Below are positions 1-12,072 of a stretch of 64,000 nt of DNA, in pieces; the first letter of the stretch is position 1, and each line of letters begins with the position of its first letter. The notes beneath the pieces are model-generated. The model did not search any database and was not told the origin of the DNA. It was given only the letters and a program-made list of their open reading frames with translations. Both the position numbers and the translations under genes were made by a program. Source of the stretch: Octopus vulgaris. Its lineage: Eukaryota. Location: the NCBI GenBank assembly GCA_951406725.2, contig OX597823.1, forward strand, positions 48,360,001 through 48,424,000, read 5' to 3'.

Positions 1-406
1 TTTGTGGTAAAATTTGGAGTTATGAAAAAAGTGGTGGTTGCATGTGCTTAGGGCCTCATTATATTTGGTTAGTAGTGTTGCGGAGTTGTGTTTTAATACG
101 TGGAATACCTCTTTAAGGTATAACTTACAGGCTAAGTGTTGACCTTGGTATGGAAGCCCTGAATCTATTATGAACCATGATAAAGTGTAGGGAATATTTC
201 TATTTTTGATACGATGTATGTGGCTGGCAAGTGTTGTGGATTTACTGTGTTTCTCGTATCTAAAAGAATTTAGATGAGTGGCATATTGCTGTTTAAAAGT
301 TATGGTCGATCCTATATATATATATAGCTGTAGAATTGTGTAATGTGTTGAGGACAGTGCATTTATAAATTGCATTAGATCTTCTACAATGGGTTTGTAG
401 AGGGAA

Positions 407-410
<4 letters not shown>
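1..410 (-). pseudogene. Penelope-like retroelement GIY-YIG endonuclease remnant
   Basis: Hand translation with a frameshift at a (TA) run: FPLQTHCRRSNAIYKCTV..AIYI/GSTITFKQQYATHLNSFRYEKHSKSTTLASHIHRIKNRNIPYTLSWFIIDSGLPYQGQHLACKLYLKEVFHVLKH..LLTKYNEALSTCNH. This matches the C-terminal GIY-YIG of Penelope-like elements (IYK..YIG, H..SFR, CxLC..E, LLNKRxE..CRH). Confidence 0.85.
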
Positions 411-452
<42 letters not shown>

Positions 453-1164
453 TCATATTCCACCCATTTTGTTTTCACAATTATACCTTCATGTAACTTT
501 CTTCTTTAATATTTAATCAAATTTTCTATAGCTCCCAGCTAAGTTAATTTTTTTTACTTCAAACACTGTCCCATTTATTTATATGCTTAACTTGTAAGTT
601 TTTAAGCTACAATAATTGCATTTTTATTCAGATTTATATCATTACCCTTACATCTAATTCTCATCTGTATGATGGCACTTATTTCAGTTCCTTGCTATTA
701 ACCTATATCCTATATATAGCATAAGTTTCATCTTTGTTCTTTTAATTAATCTACTATTATAATCTATATTTTTCTGGAAACACAATTTTTTTTACCAATT
801 TACCCCAAATTAAGAGGATTCTTTAGTAATTTAGTAATTTAATAGTTCTAAATTATTGTGCAAACAGAATTATTCAAAACTTATAGTTCTCTTTTAGCAT
901 ATTATATATTTTAGTCAGTTCTGATCTAAGAGTAATTATAAACGTGATTCTTATGGAGAATATTATTTAAAAAATAGTATTATAGTAGCTGTTTAATCAT
1001 ACACACATATATGTACATATACATAGAAAGCCTAAATTTTTTTTTACATAAATTACAATTGCAACATTAACACTTATTGAAATAAAACATTGCCACCATC
1101 AATCTATATCACTAACTAACCAAATTACACTCAAGTATTTCTTGCTCTCTTGACTAAATATTGA

Positions 1165-1272
1165 TTTCAAATTTTGGCATAAGTTCAAGGAGAGGATAAA
1201 TCGATTACATTGACACCAGTGTTCAACTGGTACTTATTTTATCGACCCTGAAAAGTTGAAAGGTAAAAATCA
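1165..1272 (-). mobile_element. SINE family 2, partial copy
   Basis: Reverse complement of the cctttc..gggtcgataaaataagtaccag core and the tgccaaaatttgaaa tail shared with many copies in the window. Confidence 0.75.
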
Positions 1273-1512
1273 ACCCTTATTCAGGGACCTTTTGAGCGGG
1301 ATGGGTTACTCGACCAGAATAAAATTCTAACTTGGCTCCACCTGCAAGGTCATATGCTGTTTATCTTGATATGAGATCACCATGTCGTGTATATATATGG
1401 TTGTGATACATGTGCCTAGTGTACCCTTATCAGATAGGTAGTCATGATGGGTATACTGGGCTTCATGTATTTTATACCAATGTCACTTTGATGGCATGCA
1501 CTGCTCTCTCAC

Positions 1513-1546
<34 letters not shown>

Positions 1547-1550
1547 TAAT
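1273..1550 (+). mobile_element. 3' part of a (TAA)n-associated retroelement family
   Basis: High identity to 63868-64000 (ttattca.ggaccttttgagcgggatgggttactcgaccagaa...gatatgagatcaccatgt). Ends in an (AAT)n tract. Confidence 0.75.
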
Positions 1551-1765
1551 CCTTTCTACTGGAAGCACAAGGCATCAAATTTTGGGGAAGGGATTCAGTC
1601 GATTACATCAATCCCAGTGCGTAACTGGTACTAATTTTAATGACCCCCAAAAGGATGTAAAGCAAAATCGACCTCAGTGGAATTTGAACTCAGAATGTAG
1701 GGGCAGATGAAATGCCACAAAGCATTTCACCCGACGTGCTAAGAATTCTGCCAGCTTGCTGCCTT
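1551..1765 (-). mobile_element. SINE family 2
   Basis: Near full-length reverse copy (aaggcagcaagctggcagaa...ttctgagttcaaattcc...gtaccag...ccttgtgc). Confidence 0.85.
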
Positions 1766-1829
1766 AATAAGTAGTAGTAGTAACAACTAGCAGTACCCAT
1801 AGAAATTACACAGTATGTACAAAGTTTTA

Positions 1830-2420
1830 GATTGTTAGAACTTTATATAGAACCATAAAAATTAATGTTCTGTTTGAAATTGTATATTCTGCCTTGTTTT
1901 ATTTTTAAAAAACGCCTTTCAGTTCTTTTGGATAGGCTATAATTGAAGGAGCATGACTTCTCCATTCTCTCAGCACATCAGAGTTTCATTTAGAAATCTA
2001 AGAGTTTCACAATGATTACAGAGAATATCCAAGTCATAACGTAGGCTCTGGGGGAAAAGTGGGTGCAAGCACTAGAATTATCAAGGGACAATGAAAATAC
2101 TTTGAACATCGTAGGTTGGACCTGAGTTTGCACTCCCTCGGCAAATTTCATTCCTGCAATTATGTGTTACCAATGTTGTAACATTCAACCATATATTTAT
2201 ATCTGTTTTGGTGTTCTCTCTCATTTTTACTTTTCATTCTATCTTGAACACATTCTCTTATCTGTTGTAAATACTGTGTTCTCTTTGAGTCAGATTTTCC
2301 CTTCTATGCTGCTGCTCTCATGCTTGTTCTTGTGATCCAACCCTCTGCTTCTCTTTGCTGTGTTGCCTCCACTGCCTCATTCTTTCTTGTTAGTGTACAT
2401 CATCTGTCATCTAATTTTGT
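1830..2420 (-). mobile_element. Decayed Helitron Rep/helicase N-terminal fragment
   Basis: Minus-strand translation near 1910-2030 gives ILCNHCETLRFLNETLMC*ENGEVMLLQL/YPKELKGVF, resembling the Helitron CxxC-A(L)xFxxE-xxCCxxGxVxLP..YPxxL motif. It is preceded by an R/E/Q-rich stretch (2200-2400). Confidence 0.6.
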
Positions 2421-2795
2421 AAACAAATATAAATTTTCAAGCAAGCAGGTGATAAACAATTGCACTTAAGCATTAAGTGATAGGTGATATAAAAAATTTA
2501 GTTCAGTAAAAAAAAAGTACAATTTTTCACTATCCACTCACCACTACCACCACTCCCACCACCACCACCACTATTATCACTATAATTTTCAATAACAAAG
2601 CTTTGTTTAAGTTGTTTGCCAACCAAGATTATTTTAATTTCATTTCAGTTCAGTTCAGTTGCTTGTTTCATATCTAAATTTCATACTGCTGACACTACAA
2701 AGTTTGAATAACAAAATAAATAAATAAATAAATAAAAACTATCCATGGCTATTTTGCCAAGCTATTTCACTTTCATTGATGTCATTGTTTATTTT

Positions 2796-3475
2796 TAACC
2801 CTTTCATTACCAACCCAGCTGAAACCACCTCTGGCTCTGCAGCACAAATGTCTTGTTTACATTAGTTTGGAATTAAAATCTTCCACAAAACCTTAGTCCC
2901 AACTTATGTTCCTAAACACTAGCTTAATGATAACAAAGTTATTTTACTAAATTCTTTGTTATATTTAAAATTAATTGAAAGGAACACAGAACATCTCAAA
3001 ATAAATACAGAAACGTAGGTGTAGGAGTGGTTGTGTGGAAAGTTGCTTGCTTACCAACCACACGGTTCCAGGTTCAGTTCCACTGCCTGGAACCTTGGGC
3101 AAGTGTCTTCTACTATAGCCTCAGGTCGACCAAAGCCTTGTGAGTGGATTTGGTAGACAGAAACTGAAAGAAGCCTGTCGTATATATGTGTGTATATATA
3201 TATATGCATGTGTGTGTGTGTATATATATATATGTATGTGTGTGTATATGTTTCGGTGTCTGTGTTTGCACCCCCAACATCGCTTGACAACCGATGGTGG
3301 TGTGTTTATGTCCCCGTAACTTAGTGGTTCGGCAAAAGAGACTGATAGAATAAGTACTAGGCTTCCAAAGAATAAGTCCTGGGGTTTACTTGCTCGACTG
3401 AAGGCGGTGCTCCAGCTTGGCCACAGTCAAATGACTGAAACAAGTAAAAGAGTAAAGAGTAAACGATAGAGTTAA
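2796..3475 (+). mobile_element. TTAA-flanked MITE B (piggyBac-like) carrying a SINE insertion
   Basis: Begins TTAACCCTTTC and ends GATAGAGTTAA. A related reverse copy lies at 32632-33273 (ends ccaaagggttaa). Confidence 0.75.
3017..3460 (+). mobile_element. SINE family 1 (tRNA-derived, CORE-like, internal microsatellite), full length
   Basis: A/B-box-like head (gtggttgtgtgg...ggttcagttcc), CORE-like ccttgggcaagtgtctt, internal (TA/TG)n, tail atgactgaaacaagtaaaagagtaaagagt. Confidence 0.9.
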
Positions 3476-4099
3476 AATGATTGTATGTTAGGTGCAAGCA
3501 GCCAGATCCGGCAGGTTTTAACATAAAACAGGTGGAATGTTTGGGCTAAATATGACCAGTTTAAAAGCTAAAGAGTTAAAGGTTATCTTATCTATGGTCA
3601 TTTGACATTCAATTTATATATTTCTAATTCAATTTTTTAATACATTGAGAAGGTAGGTAGAATATCATAGAAAACCAATATTAGATACATTCCTCATCTT
3701 GAAATATAACATGTTGGAGTCTACTGGGACTGCGATGTCATCTACATATTACATACATTTTATATTGAAAAGGAGAGCTGGCATGTTATGATGTGAAAAT
3801 AATTACAGCAAAGAGGGTTATATGAAAAGAAGCCTTGGAGTGATAGGAAATTCATAAATATATTAAAATTAGTTATATACTATATTGAATCAAATGATGA
3901 GAAACTAACAAAATAATGAGCCAAATAATAGGATAATAAGTCTAATATTTTGTGGATGACTATGATGTTAGAAGAATTTAATTAAACTTTTGTTATAATG
4001 TGAGAAAGACAGAAATATTCCATTGGAAATGGAGGAATTAAGAGTTCTAACAGATTGAGAATTAAAGATATCATATATTATTACTGCAAGACATTTCAT

Positions 4100-4320
4100 A
4101 ATTTTGGAATTCATGTAGTATTTTAGAAAACTTATGACTATGTATAAGTAAATCTGGAATTTACATTGACAATAAACAGTAGTGGAGAGAAGTTTGATTG
4201 AAGACATCATATTTAGTTAGTAGATGCAAAACATAACTCTTAACCATACAGTTATGCCTGCACAGTACAGTAGTTAGATATAGCCCCAGAATGTATAAAA
4301 TTTGTTAATATGGGAAATCT
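4100..4320 (+). pseudogene. Possible hAT transposase dimerisation-domain remnant
   Basis: Frameshifted peptides TVVERSL, MQNITLNHTVM and LDIAPECIKFVN loosely resemble ERSFS..LKTYLRSTM..RLNHLM..LD....EFV. Confidence 0.3.
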
Positions 4321-4418
4321 AGAATCATTACCAGATATAGACAACAAATACAACAAAAAATTACAAACGTTATAAATAAATTATCTAAATCAAATTAAGC
4401 TAGTTAGAACACAGCATG

Positions 4419-4558
4419 CTGTGTTATTTATCATGAGAGAACCTCTCATATAGACTTGTGGTACACTCTGTTTATATCACTTAGCAGTGATATAAACATG
4501 AGTGACTACATGCACCATAAGTCCATATGAGAGGTTTTCTTATGGTACATAATGCAGT
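4419..4558. repeat. About 140-bp fold-back palindrome (MITE-like)
   Basis: ctgtgttatttatcatgagagaacctctcatatagacttgtggtaca pairs with tgcaccataagtccatatgagaggttttcttatggtacataatgcag. The inner tgtttatatcact-tagc-agtgatataaaca is perfect. Confidence 0.9.
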
Positions 4559-4602
4559 GTTTAGTCCCAGCATTTAGCAGTCACCATATTTCATTCCATA
4601 AT

Positions 4603-4692
4603 GGCTACCTCTGATGAACGCAGGGTTACATAATCAGGCTGCTACCTAACACACTATTGAATCCCTAGCACAAAACCAATCGGTAATATCAG
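4603..4692 (+). ncRNA. Degenerate type I hammerhead ribozyme motif (family B)
   Basis: CTGATGA, then stem II GCAGGG/CCCTAGC, then CAAAAC (CGAAAC decayed), near-palindromic ACCAATCGGT and GTA. Homologous to 51675-51760. Confidence 0.6.
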
Positions 4693-5551
4693 CTGTAATG
4701 GATATATAATGCTGTACACTTTGACTAACATATATATATATATATATACATATATACACACATGTATTTATATGCTTGTATATCTATATATATATCGTTG
4801 CTATTATGTTAAACTGTCATATGTCCAAATTTGGCCAAATGCATTTTTTTTTCAATATATAATTTTGCTTGCAACACCCAATTCTATTCCTCAAACTATC
4901 ATATCTCAAGCAGCTTCAGATGCCAAGATATGAAAATTGTCAATGTGTTGTAGAACAATTTAGCATTTTTCAAAAGTGTAGTAAGTCAACAGTTTTACAA
5001 AAATATTTCTGACTGAAAATATCATACATGCAGGGAGTTACAATTTTATGTAACCAACAAAGTATTATTGTTAAGCTGAAACTGTTGCTAAGGTAAAAAG
5101 AAACGGAATGGTGAAATTGCTTTTTCATTTTCTGAAAAAGCAATGTTTTGGACTTAGGACACTTTTGCATAATAGCAATGATGTATAGTATCTGCTAGGA
5201 TTTTTTAATCCCATTTTTTCTTATATACTGTATTGTTGTATACTGAAACTGTACTCCCCTCCTGGTAAAAAGTAGCAACCAGCTATGATATATACACCAG
5301 TAGCTGGTCAATAGAGGGAAGGTCAGGAGGTCGAGAGTATATGTAGACTATGTTGATAATCGTGTCTATGCTGAGATAGCACTTGTACTGTGATATTGAG
5401 AGGACATTATAACAATCCAACCTTTTGAGGATAAGAACACTGTACAACTGGGGGTCATACAGTACCAGATAGAAACATTCAATCAACAACTTCAGAATAT
5501 AATAGTATCGTCAAAAGACAGAACCAACAGTGGCAAAAGACCACTTTACAA

Positions 5552-6663
5552 CATGTGTATACTCGAGTAATAGTCGATCTCATGTAAAAGTCGACCCCCT
5601 ATTTTTGGCCAAAAGGTTGGCTATTTTCCATAGACCCCATATAAAATTTGACCCTAGTATTTCATTAACAAGTAGGTGGTGAGCTGGCAGAAATGTTAGC
5701 ATGCGGGACGAAATGCTTAGCGGTATTTTGTCTGCTGCTACATTCTGAGTTCAAAATCTGCCGAGGTTAACTTTGCCTTTCATCCTTTCGGGGTCGATTA
5801 AATAAGAACCAGTTACACACTGGGGTCGATATAATTGACTTAATCCATTTGTCTGTCCTTGTTTGTCCCCTCTGTGTTTAGCCCCTTGTTGGTAGTAAAG
5901 AAATAAGTATTTCATGAACAACAGGACAACGTTTGTGGGTCAAGGTACTGTTTTGTCCAGTATGTAGAAATAATACTGTTACAAAATTGTGTGGCTACCT
6001 TACAGCCATGAAGAAGAAAACGTTTTTGGTGGAGACTGTTGGTGGTGGAAAGTGGTGTTGCACTTCTACTTCTTTTATCAATTTTGGTATTTAAAACATT
6101 AAGTTGCATTTAATTAGAAATAAAAATGCTCTACTAATATACTGTGCCATAATACATTTGGGATCAGTGTGACTTGAACCATCAATAGGAAAATAGTATG
6201 ATGTTATTGAAGAGTTATGATGTGAAACATGTTGAGTAGGTATCAGCTGTATGCACCACATTACAGTAGATAGTGGTATGTCGGTACCGGGTAGGTATGT
6301 TGCCGGTGGTAATATAACATAATTATTAGACATAATTGATTTCACTCAACTAGTCTGTTAAGTTTGATGGGTACACCTAAAAGAGAAAGTGTTTATAAGA
6401 GCTACCCGGTCTGATTTATGGTCTGTTTTTTTTATCTACTAGGAAGTGTGCTTTGATGCACAGAATTGGTAATATCCCTGTAATTCATAGTGTTTTTGTT
6501 TTTATTCGTTTAGAGATCAGTTGGGCTTCTGCTGCTGATACAGTACTTGGGATTTTAGCTTGAATTTCAGCCCTCAGAAGTAGTATTCATGTAATAGTCA
6601 ACCCCATAAATTTGGTCTTAAAAATCAGTCTAAAAAATTTGGCTTTTACTTAAGTATATACAG
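5552..6663. mobile_element. Non-autonomous pogo/Tc2-like DNA transposon
   Basis: Imperfect TIRs: tgtgtatactcgagtaatagtcga versus ttggcttttacttaagtatatacag+TA. Internal repeats of taatagtcgaccccc-like motifs. Contains a SINE. Confidence 0.65.
5673..5905 (+). mobile_element. SINE family 2, full length
   Basis: ggtggtgagctggcagaaatgttagc...ttctgagttcaaa...ctttgcctttcatcctttcggggtcgat. Confidence 0.9.
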
Positions 6664-6671
6664 TATATACA

Positions 6672-6720
<49 letters not shown>

Positions 6721-6724
6721 TATA

Positions 6725-6925
6725 TAGTTGGAATTTACAAAAAAACAAAAGACGAAGACAGGTGTGTAAACAACAAACAGGTGTATTAGTTTGAAGCTCG
6801 TGAAGGTGAGAAAGTCTTTTACATTTCAAGACTACACTCTTCAACAGAAAGGACCACGAGAAAATAAACAGAGAGAGAGAATAAAAAATAAAGGAAAGCT
6901 TTATTAGCTAGCTGTCAATCATGGC
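6725..6925 (-). mobile_element. (TA)n-embedded small element with hammerhead-like motif (family A1; motif 6811-6852)
   Basis: Homologous to 8348-8485. Minus strand reads CTTT-CTGTTGA-AGAGTGTAGTCTT-GAAATGTA-AAAG. Confidence 0.6.
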
Positions 6926-7057
6926 AATATATATAATACACATAAGTATACATTTGGAGGTCTTCTTTCATTTTCCATCTGCCAAATCTACTTAGAAAGC
7001 TTTGGTCAGCCTTACAATATAATAGAAGACTATATATATATATATATGCATATACTT

Positions 7058-7243
7058 GTAAAAGCACCCAGCACACTCTGTAAAGTGGTTGGCATTAAGA
7101 AGGGCATCCAGCCATAGAAGCCATGCCAAATCAGACTGGAGTCAGGTGCAGCTCTCCAGCTTGTCAGCTCTGGTTGTCACCATCCAACCTATATATACCA
7201 GCATGGACAATGGACATTAAATGACAATGATGAGGATGATGAT
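7058..7243 (+). mobile_element. SINE family 3 (RTE-like (GAT)n tail)
   Basis: ctctgtaaagtggttggcattaagaagggcatccagc...ccagcatgga...ggacattaaatga(tga)n. Confidence 0.85.
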
Positions 7244-8122
7244 ACACTCACGCACACATGCATATACATACACACACTCACACACACACACAAACACACA
7301 TATATATATACATACATATATATACGTTTAGACTACTTTTAGTGGGAGATGAATATTACTTTTTTGGTGTTAATACTGCCTCTGCTGTAATTAGTTATTT
7401 TAAAATCTAGTTAACTTTCAAGTTCAAAAATTTGTTTATATTAATAAACACTTTATGTATTATTGGTATCTGAAAGAAAAATTTGATTATAGTAGAATTT
7501 GAAACTAGAAATAGGTGCTTTATGCCAAGATTCAGCTATGCAACCGACACTCATACAAACACTATTTCCAGTCTGCTAGAGCAAATAATGATATTTACAG
7601 TTTTAAATGTGATGTTATAAAGTTATTAATATTGAATTCACACCTTTCACAGCCTAAACAATGATACTTCACATATCTCATAAATAATAATGATAGATTA
7701 TAACTATAAGAATTCACCTTTAATATTCTGATAAGACCAGTTATAAGTCTTTCTAGAACAATATTGCAAGTGACAAAAGACGTTAGCAACTTCTAGTGTA
7801 ACAAAGATCAAATATCCCAAAGAAAATTTAATTAAAACAAATTAGAAAATACGGATATGATATTTATGTGGTTGGTATGTTTTTACATAGAGGGCAATAA
7901 ATAAAATTTGACCAATAATTGCTGAAATATAATCTTATTCCAGACTAAGTAGTTGTTTTAATATTTTGGTCAAAGGTGTAAGTATGGCGATGATGTTCAG
8001 AAGTTTCGTCTTTGCAAGCATGTGTTTCTGGATTCCTAGGTTTCTGGGTTTGATTCCACTGGGGAATAACCAATATGTTATGACTGTGTAGAAGCTTGTT
8101 GTGCATCTGTCTGTCTATGTAT

Positions 8123-8167
<45 letters not shown>

Positions 8168-8347
8168 GACACATAGCCACAGCCTCAAGGCTGAAACATA
8201 TGAAAGAATTAAAGAATATATATATATGGCGTTAGGAAGGACATCCAGCTGTAGAAATGTCAAATCAGACTAAAACCTGGTGCAGCCTTCCAGCTTACCT
8301 ATGCCAGTCTGGAAAGTGGACATTAAATGAATGAATGGCATATATAT

Positions 8348-8485
8348 AGTTCAGATTTACAGAAAACAAAAGACAAAGACAGGTGAGGTAATAACAAACA
8401 GGTGCATTAATTTGACACTCAGGGAAAATGTAAAAGTCTTTGATGCTTTGAGCTGAAGCTCTTCAACAGAAAGGATCGAGAACAA
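8348..8485 (-). mobile_element. Family A1 small element with hammerhead-like motif (8436-8474)
   Basis: Minus strand reads CTTT-CTGTTGA-A-GAGC-TTCA-GCTC-AAAGCATC-AAAG. Flanked by (TA)n/(TG)n. Confidence 0.6.
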
Positions 8486-8527
8486 GAGTGTGTGTGTGTG
8501 TGTATGTGTGTTTTTATATATATATAC

Positions 8528-8560
<33 letters not shown>

Positions 8561-8760
8561 AGGTTAATCCAAACGGGAAAACAGAAAAAACAACAACACG
8601 TGGAACAATTACAGTATTATTATTATTAGGCGCTCAGGAAAATGGAAGAAGGAGGGTATGACGTTTCGAGCAGAGCTCTTCGTCGGAAACATAAGAGAAG
8701 GAAGAAAGAAGAAAGATCCCGAAGTGGGCGAAAGAGGGAAAAAAAAACGCGACTGGTGTT
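8561..8760 (-). mobile_element. Family A2 small element with minimal hammerhead (8655-8695)
   Basis: Minus strand reads GTTT-CCGACGA-A-GAGC-TCT-GCTC-GAAACGTC-ATAC. (TA)n on both sides. Homologous to 14971-15170 and 19560-19750. Confidence 0.75.
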
Positions 8761-8780
8761 TATATATATATATATAAACA

Positions 8781-8814
<34 letters not shown>

Positions 8815-8918
8815 ATATGTAAAAGATGAGCATCTAACCTAAAAATGCTGCCTCAAATAAATTACCTTTCAACCCATACTAGTATGGGAAAATGCTGAGG
8901 AATATATCACAAACAGAT

Positions 8919-8949
<31 letters not shown>

Positions 8950-9639
8950 TGCATACATACATACATACATACATACATACATACATACATACATACATAC
9001 ATACATACATACATAAGGCACAAACATACACACAACATAACATTTATTTCTGTTGATGTGTTTACATCTGCATGTCATTGCATTGACACTGTTTTAGCAG
9101 TTGTTGAGATGTTTGTTTTCCCAAAGCAAAATATCTGACAATGGTTCACTGTGCGAAGATCTGGAACAAAATATCTTACTTGAAAAGCAAGGGTTATAGT
9201 CAAGAACAGCATTTAACTGTAGAGTGTTGTCTCACCGATGCTGCAATGGATTAAAAAAAAAATGACTGTACAACTGAAAACGAAATGATTGCCTTATTAC
9301 AGAGTTTTGCAGTGGAGTTAATCATAGGAGAGATAATCTACTCAAAGCAGAAGGTATTGAATCAACTTAACTTGCAATTGTCTTGTTTTCTAAGGATCAC
9401 AGAACACTAGATGCTTACATACACAAGCAAGCATATTCACATATATGCATATTATAGTGTGAATTCCAAATTTAGAATAGATACATTGTATTCCTGTATA
9501 TTGAAAGAGGCATTCAACCATAAAAATATCCCCAGAAAACCTATTCAACCCGTTTTTGCATGGTAAATTGGATATAAAATGATGATGATGATGATATATT
9601 TCCATTTTGGGTTGGTTTCATGAGTGAAGATTTATGAAA

Positions 9640-10300
9640 GGAAATGTCCACATCTGTGGCATGGCTGTAGAGATTACACAAGAAGGGAGATTGATCAGAG
9701 ATGGTTGTGATGTCTTCCTTTTTCTTCCCTCCTTTTTTTTTCTTATCTTCAATGGAGGCTGTCGCCCAGAGGACAATAAGATGCCAGACTTCCTGATCAG
9801 AACAGACCACTAGTGAAGATCAACATGGTAGATGCTGAGAGATTTCTTTAGAGACTCCTTGCACCTCTTCTTTGGTGCTCTTCTACAATGGTGGCCATAC
9901 AGTGTGATCTTGGGAAGTTAATGATCCTCCATTCTGGTGACATGCCCTGCCCAGTGTAGCTGTGTTTTCAGCAGAGTTGTTTTGATACTGATGACCCTTG
10001 CCTGCTCTAGGACTTCAATGTTAGTCAAGCTGAGGATTATGTGAAGGTAGCACTGATAGAATTGCTCAAGGAGTCATAGGAGGTACCAGTGGATGACTCA
10101 CATCTCTGAGCTGTGCAAGAGAATGAATGATCTGAACGATAGCGTTGTGCTCACTGATTTTGGATGTTTCTTCAGATGGTTATTTTTCCAAACTCTGTCA
10201 ATTTAGAAGGTGCTATGCACTGGGCCTATAGGGTTCGTTAGTTCCTCCAAGAAGGTGAAGTGCATGCAGTTGACATTTCTTCTTGAATAGCTGCAAGTCA
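9640..10300 (-). mobile_element. RTE (BovB-like) LINE, 3' fragment, decayed
   Basis: Translation LLEQFYQCYLHIIL..TNIEVLEQARVISIKTTLLKTQLHWAGHVTRMEDH*LPKITLYG..APKKRCKESLKKSL matches the RTE ORF C-terminus (QLRWAGHV.RM.D.RLPK). Confidence 0.9.
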
Positions 10301-10514
10301 AAAGTTGCATGTGAAACATGAAAGCGGATTTTATGGGAAAGAAGAATTCAGGATAGAGGCTGGTGAGAGGATAAGGTCTGGGTTTTATGACAGAAATGTC
10401 CATCATCATCATCATCATCACCACCACCATCGCCGCCACTTCCACACTCATGCATGCATACATACATACATACATATACACACACATACATACATACATA
10501 CATACATACATACA

Positions 10515-10545
<31 letters not shown>

Positions 10546-10915
10546 TCAGATTCTGTATACTGAATCCTCTCATAAGGCTTTGGCCAGTGGGATGTTATAT
10601 AAGTAGATACTTGCTTATGGTGTCATGTATTGGGACTGAACCTGAAACTCACAAAGTTTGGAAGTGAACTTTTTAAGTATACAACAATGCCCGCACTTTT
10701 TGGTGGGGCAGGGGGTTGACAAAAGTGTGGCAAAAAGAGGAGAGTGAACATGAGTGAAGATGGCACAAAAAGAGCTGGATTTATGGAGTCTATTGTAGTG
10801 GTGGTAGAAAAGGTAAAGAGAAAACACAGTATATTTGTGGGCCATGGGATGGCGTGTGCTTGTAAGTAACTCTCTTCTAATCAATCAGCTAGCTTTTCTT
10901 GGATGCAGTGAAGTA

Positions 10916-11449
10916 TTGGGTTGTCCGGAAAGTTTGTGCCGATTTTTAAAGGAAAGAAAAAGGTCAATAAATACTTGCCATTACATTTTCAATCAACCAA
11001 ATATGAACCATTTTGTTGCACAATGCATCTCCATCTTTCCTTTAACTTGAAAATACCCTCTTCCCAGAATTGAGGTGGTTTCATGGCATTTTTTTACGTC
11101 ATCCAAGGAATTGAAATTTTTACCATTAAGACTATTCTGTAGAGACCTGAATAAGTGGAAATCTGAAGGAGCAATATCTGGTGAATATGGAGGCTGAGGT
11201 AACACATCCCAGCTGAGCTGCAGCAACTTTTGTCTGGCTCCCAAAGCATCAAGTGCCGAAAATGAACTTTCTTATCTCCTATTTTAAAGAGTTACAGAAT
11301 TAACACAGGTTATAGGAATATAAACCTTCTTCCACGAAAAGATAGCTTCAACCGTGCTATCAAATCCTATTTTATGGACACAACCATGTTCTAAAATAAG
11401 TTGAAATGTAAGCTGCTATAAATCGGCACGAACTTTCCGGACAACCCTA
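10916..11449 (-). mobile_element. Internally deleted mariner element
   Basis: About 30-bp TIRs (TTGGGTTGTCCGGAAAGTTTGTGCCGATTT / AAATCGGCACGAACTTTCCGGACAACCCTA) with TA flanks. ORF 10993-11244 contains WDVLPQPPYSPDIAPSDFHLFRSLQNSLNGKNF. Confidence 0.95.
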
Positions 11450-11925
11450 TATATCTGTGTACAGCAGCAACACCAACCATTAGGAGTGAATCTCAAATGT
11501 TCTCTACCAGAAACTATAAATTCCATTAGTAACTAAAACATATTTGATTATAATTAAAAGAAATATAATAACTTGAATTAAATACAGTCTTCCCATTAAT
11601 CTAAGATGATAATATGAAAATAAAGTTGAAAGACTCAAGTAAAGCTGACAGATATTTGGTATTACTTGGTAATATTTTTGAGTAAATGACACAAATATTT
11701 GAGCAGTGTCCTTAGATTTAAATCAGTAAAATATTATAATATCAATTTAATCTTCTCCAATAATTTCATACAAAGCAGTAAGTATAAGAAAAATTGAAGC
11801 CTTTAATCAAACTAAATAATTTACATCATTGAAACATTACATTAAAAAAATATTTAATAAGCATATAATGCAGCAGTGTAATTTAATTTAATGCAATTTA
11901 ATGCCATTTGACTTAGATACTGTCT

Positions 11926-11975
11926 ATGTATGTATGCATACATACATACATACGTACATACAAGCATACATACAT

Positions 11976-12030
<55 letters not shown>

Positions 12031-12072
12031 TGCAGACAGACAGACAGACAGACAGACAGGCAGGCAGGCAGA
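11926..12072. repeat. (CATA)n-(GACA)n compound microsatellite
   Basis: Directly visible. Confidence 0.95.

Larger units (their letters stand above)
2720..3580 (+). mobile_element. TTAA-ended MITE A (piggyBac-like), split by MITE B
   Basis: 2770-2800 and 3476-3580 are collinear with the uninterrupted copy at 50587-50814 (gatgt.attgtttattttta...gccagatc...gaatgtttgggc...ccagtttaaa.g.taaag.gttaa). Left end not resolved. Confidence 0.65.
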
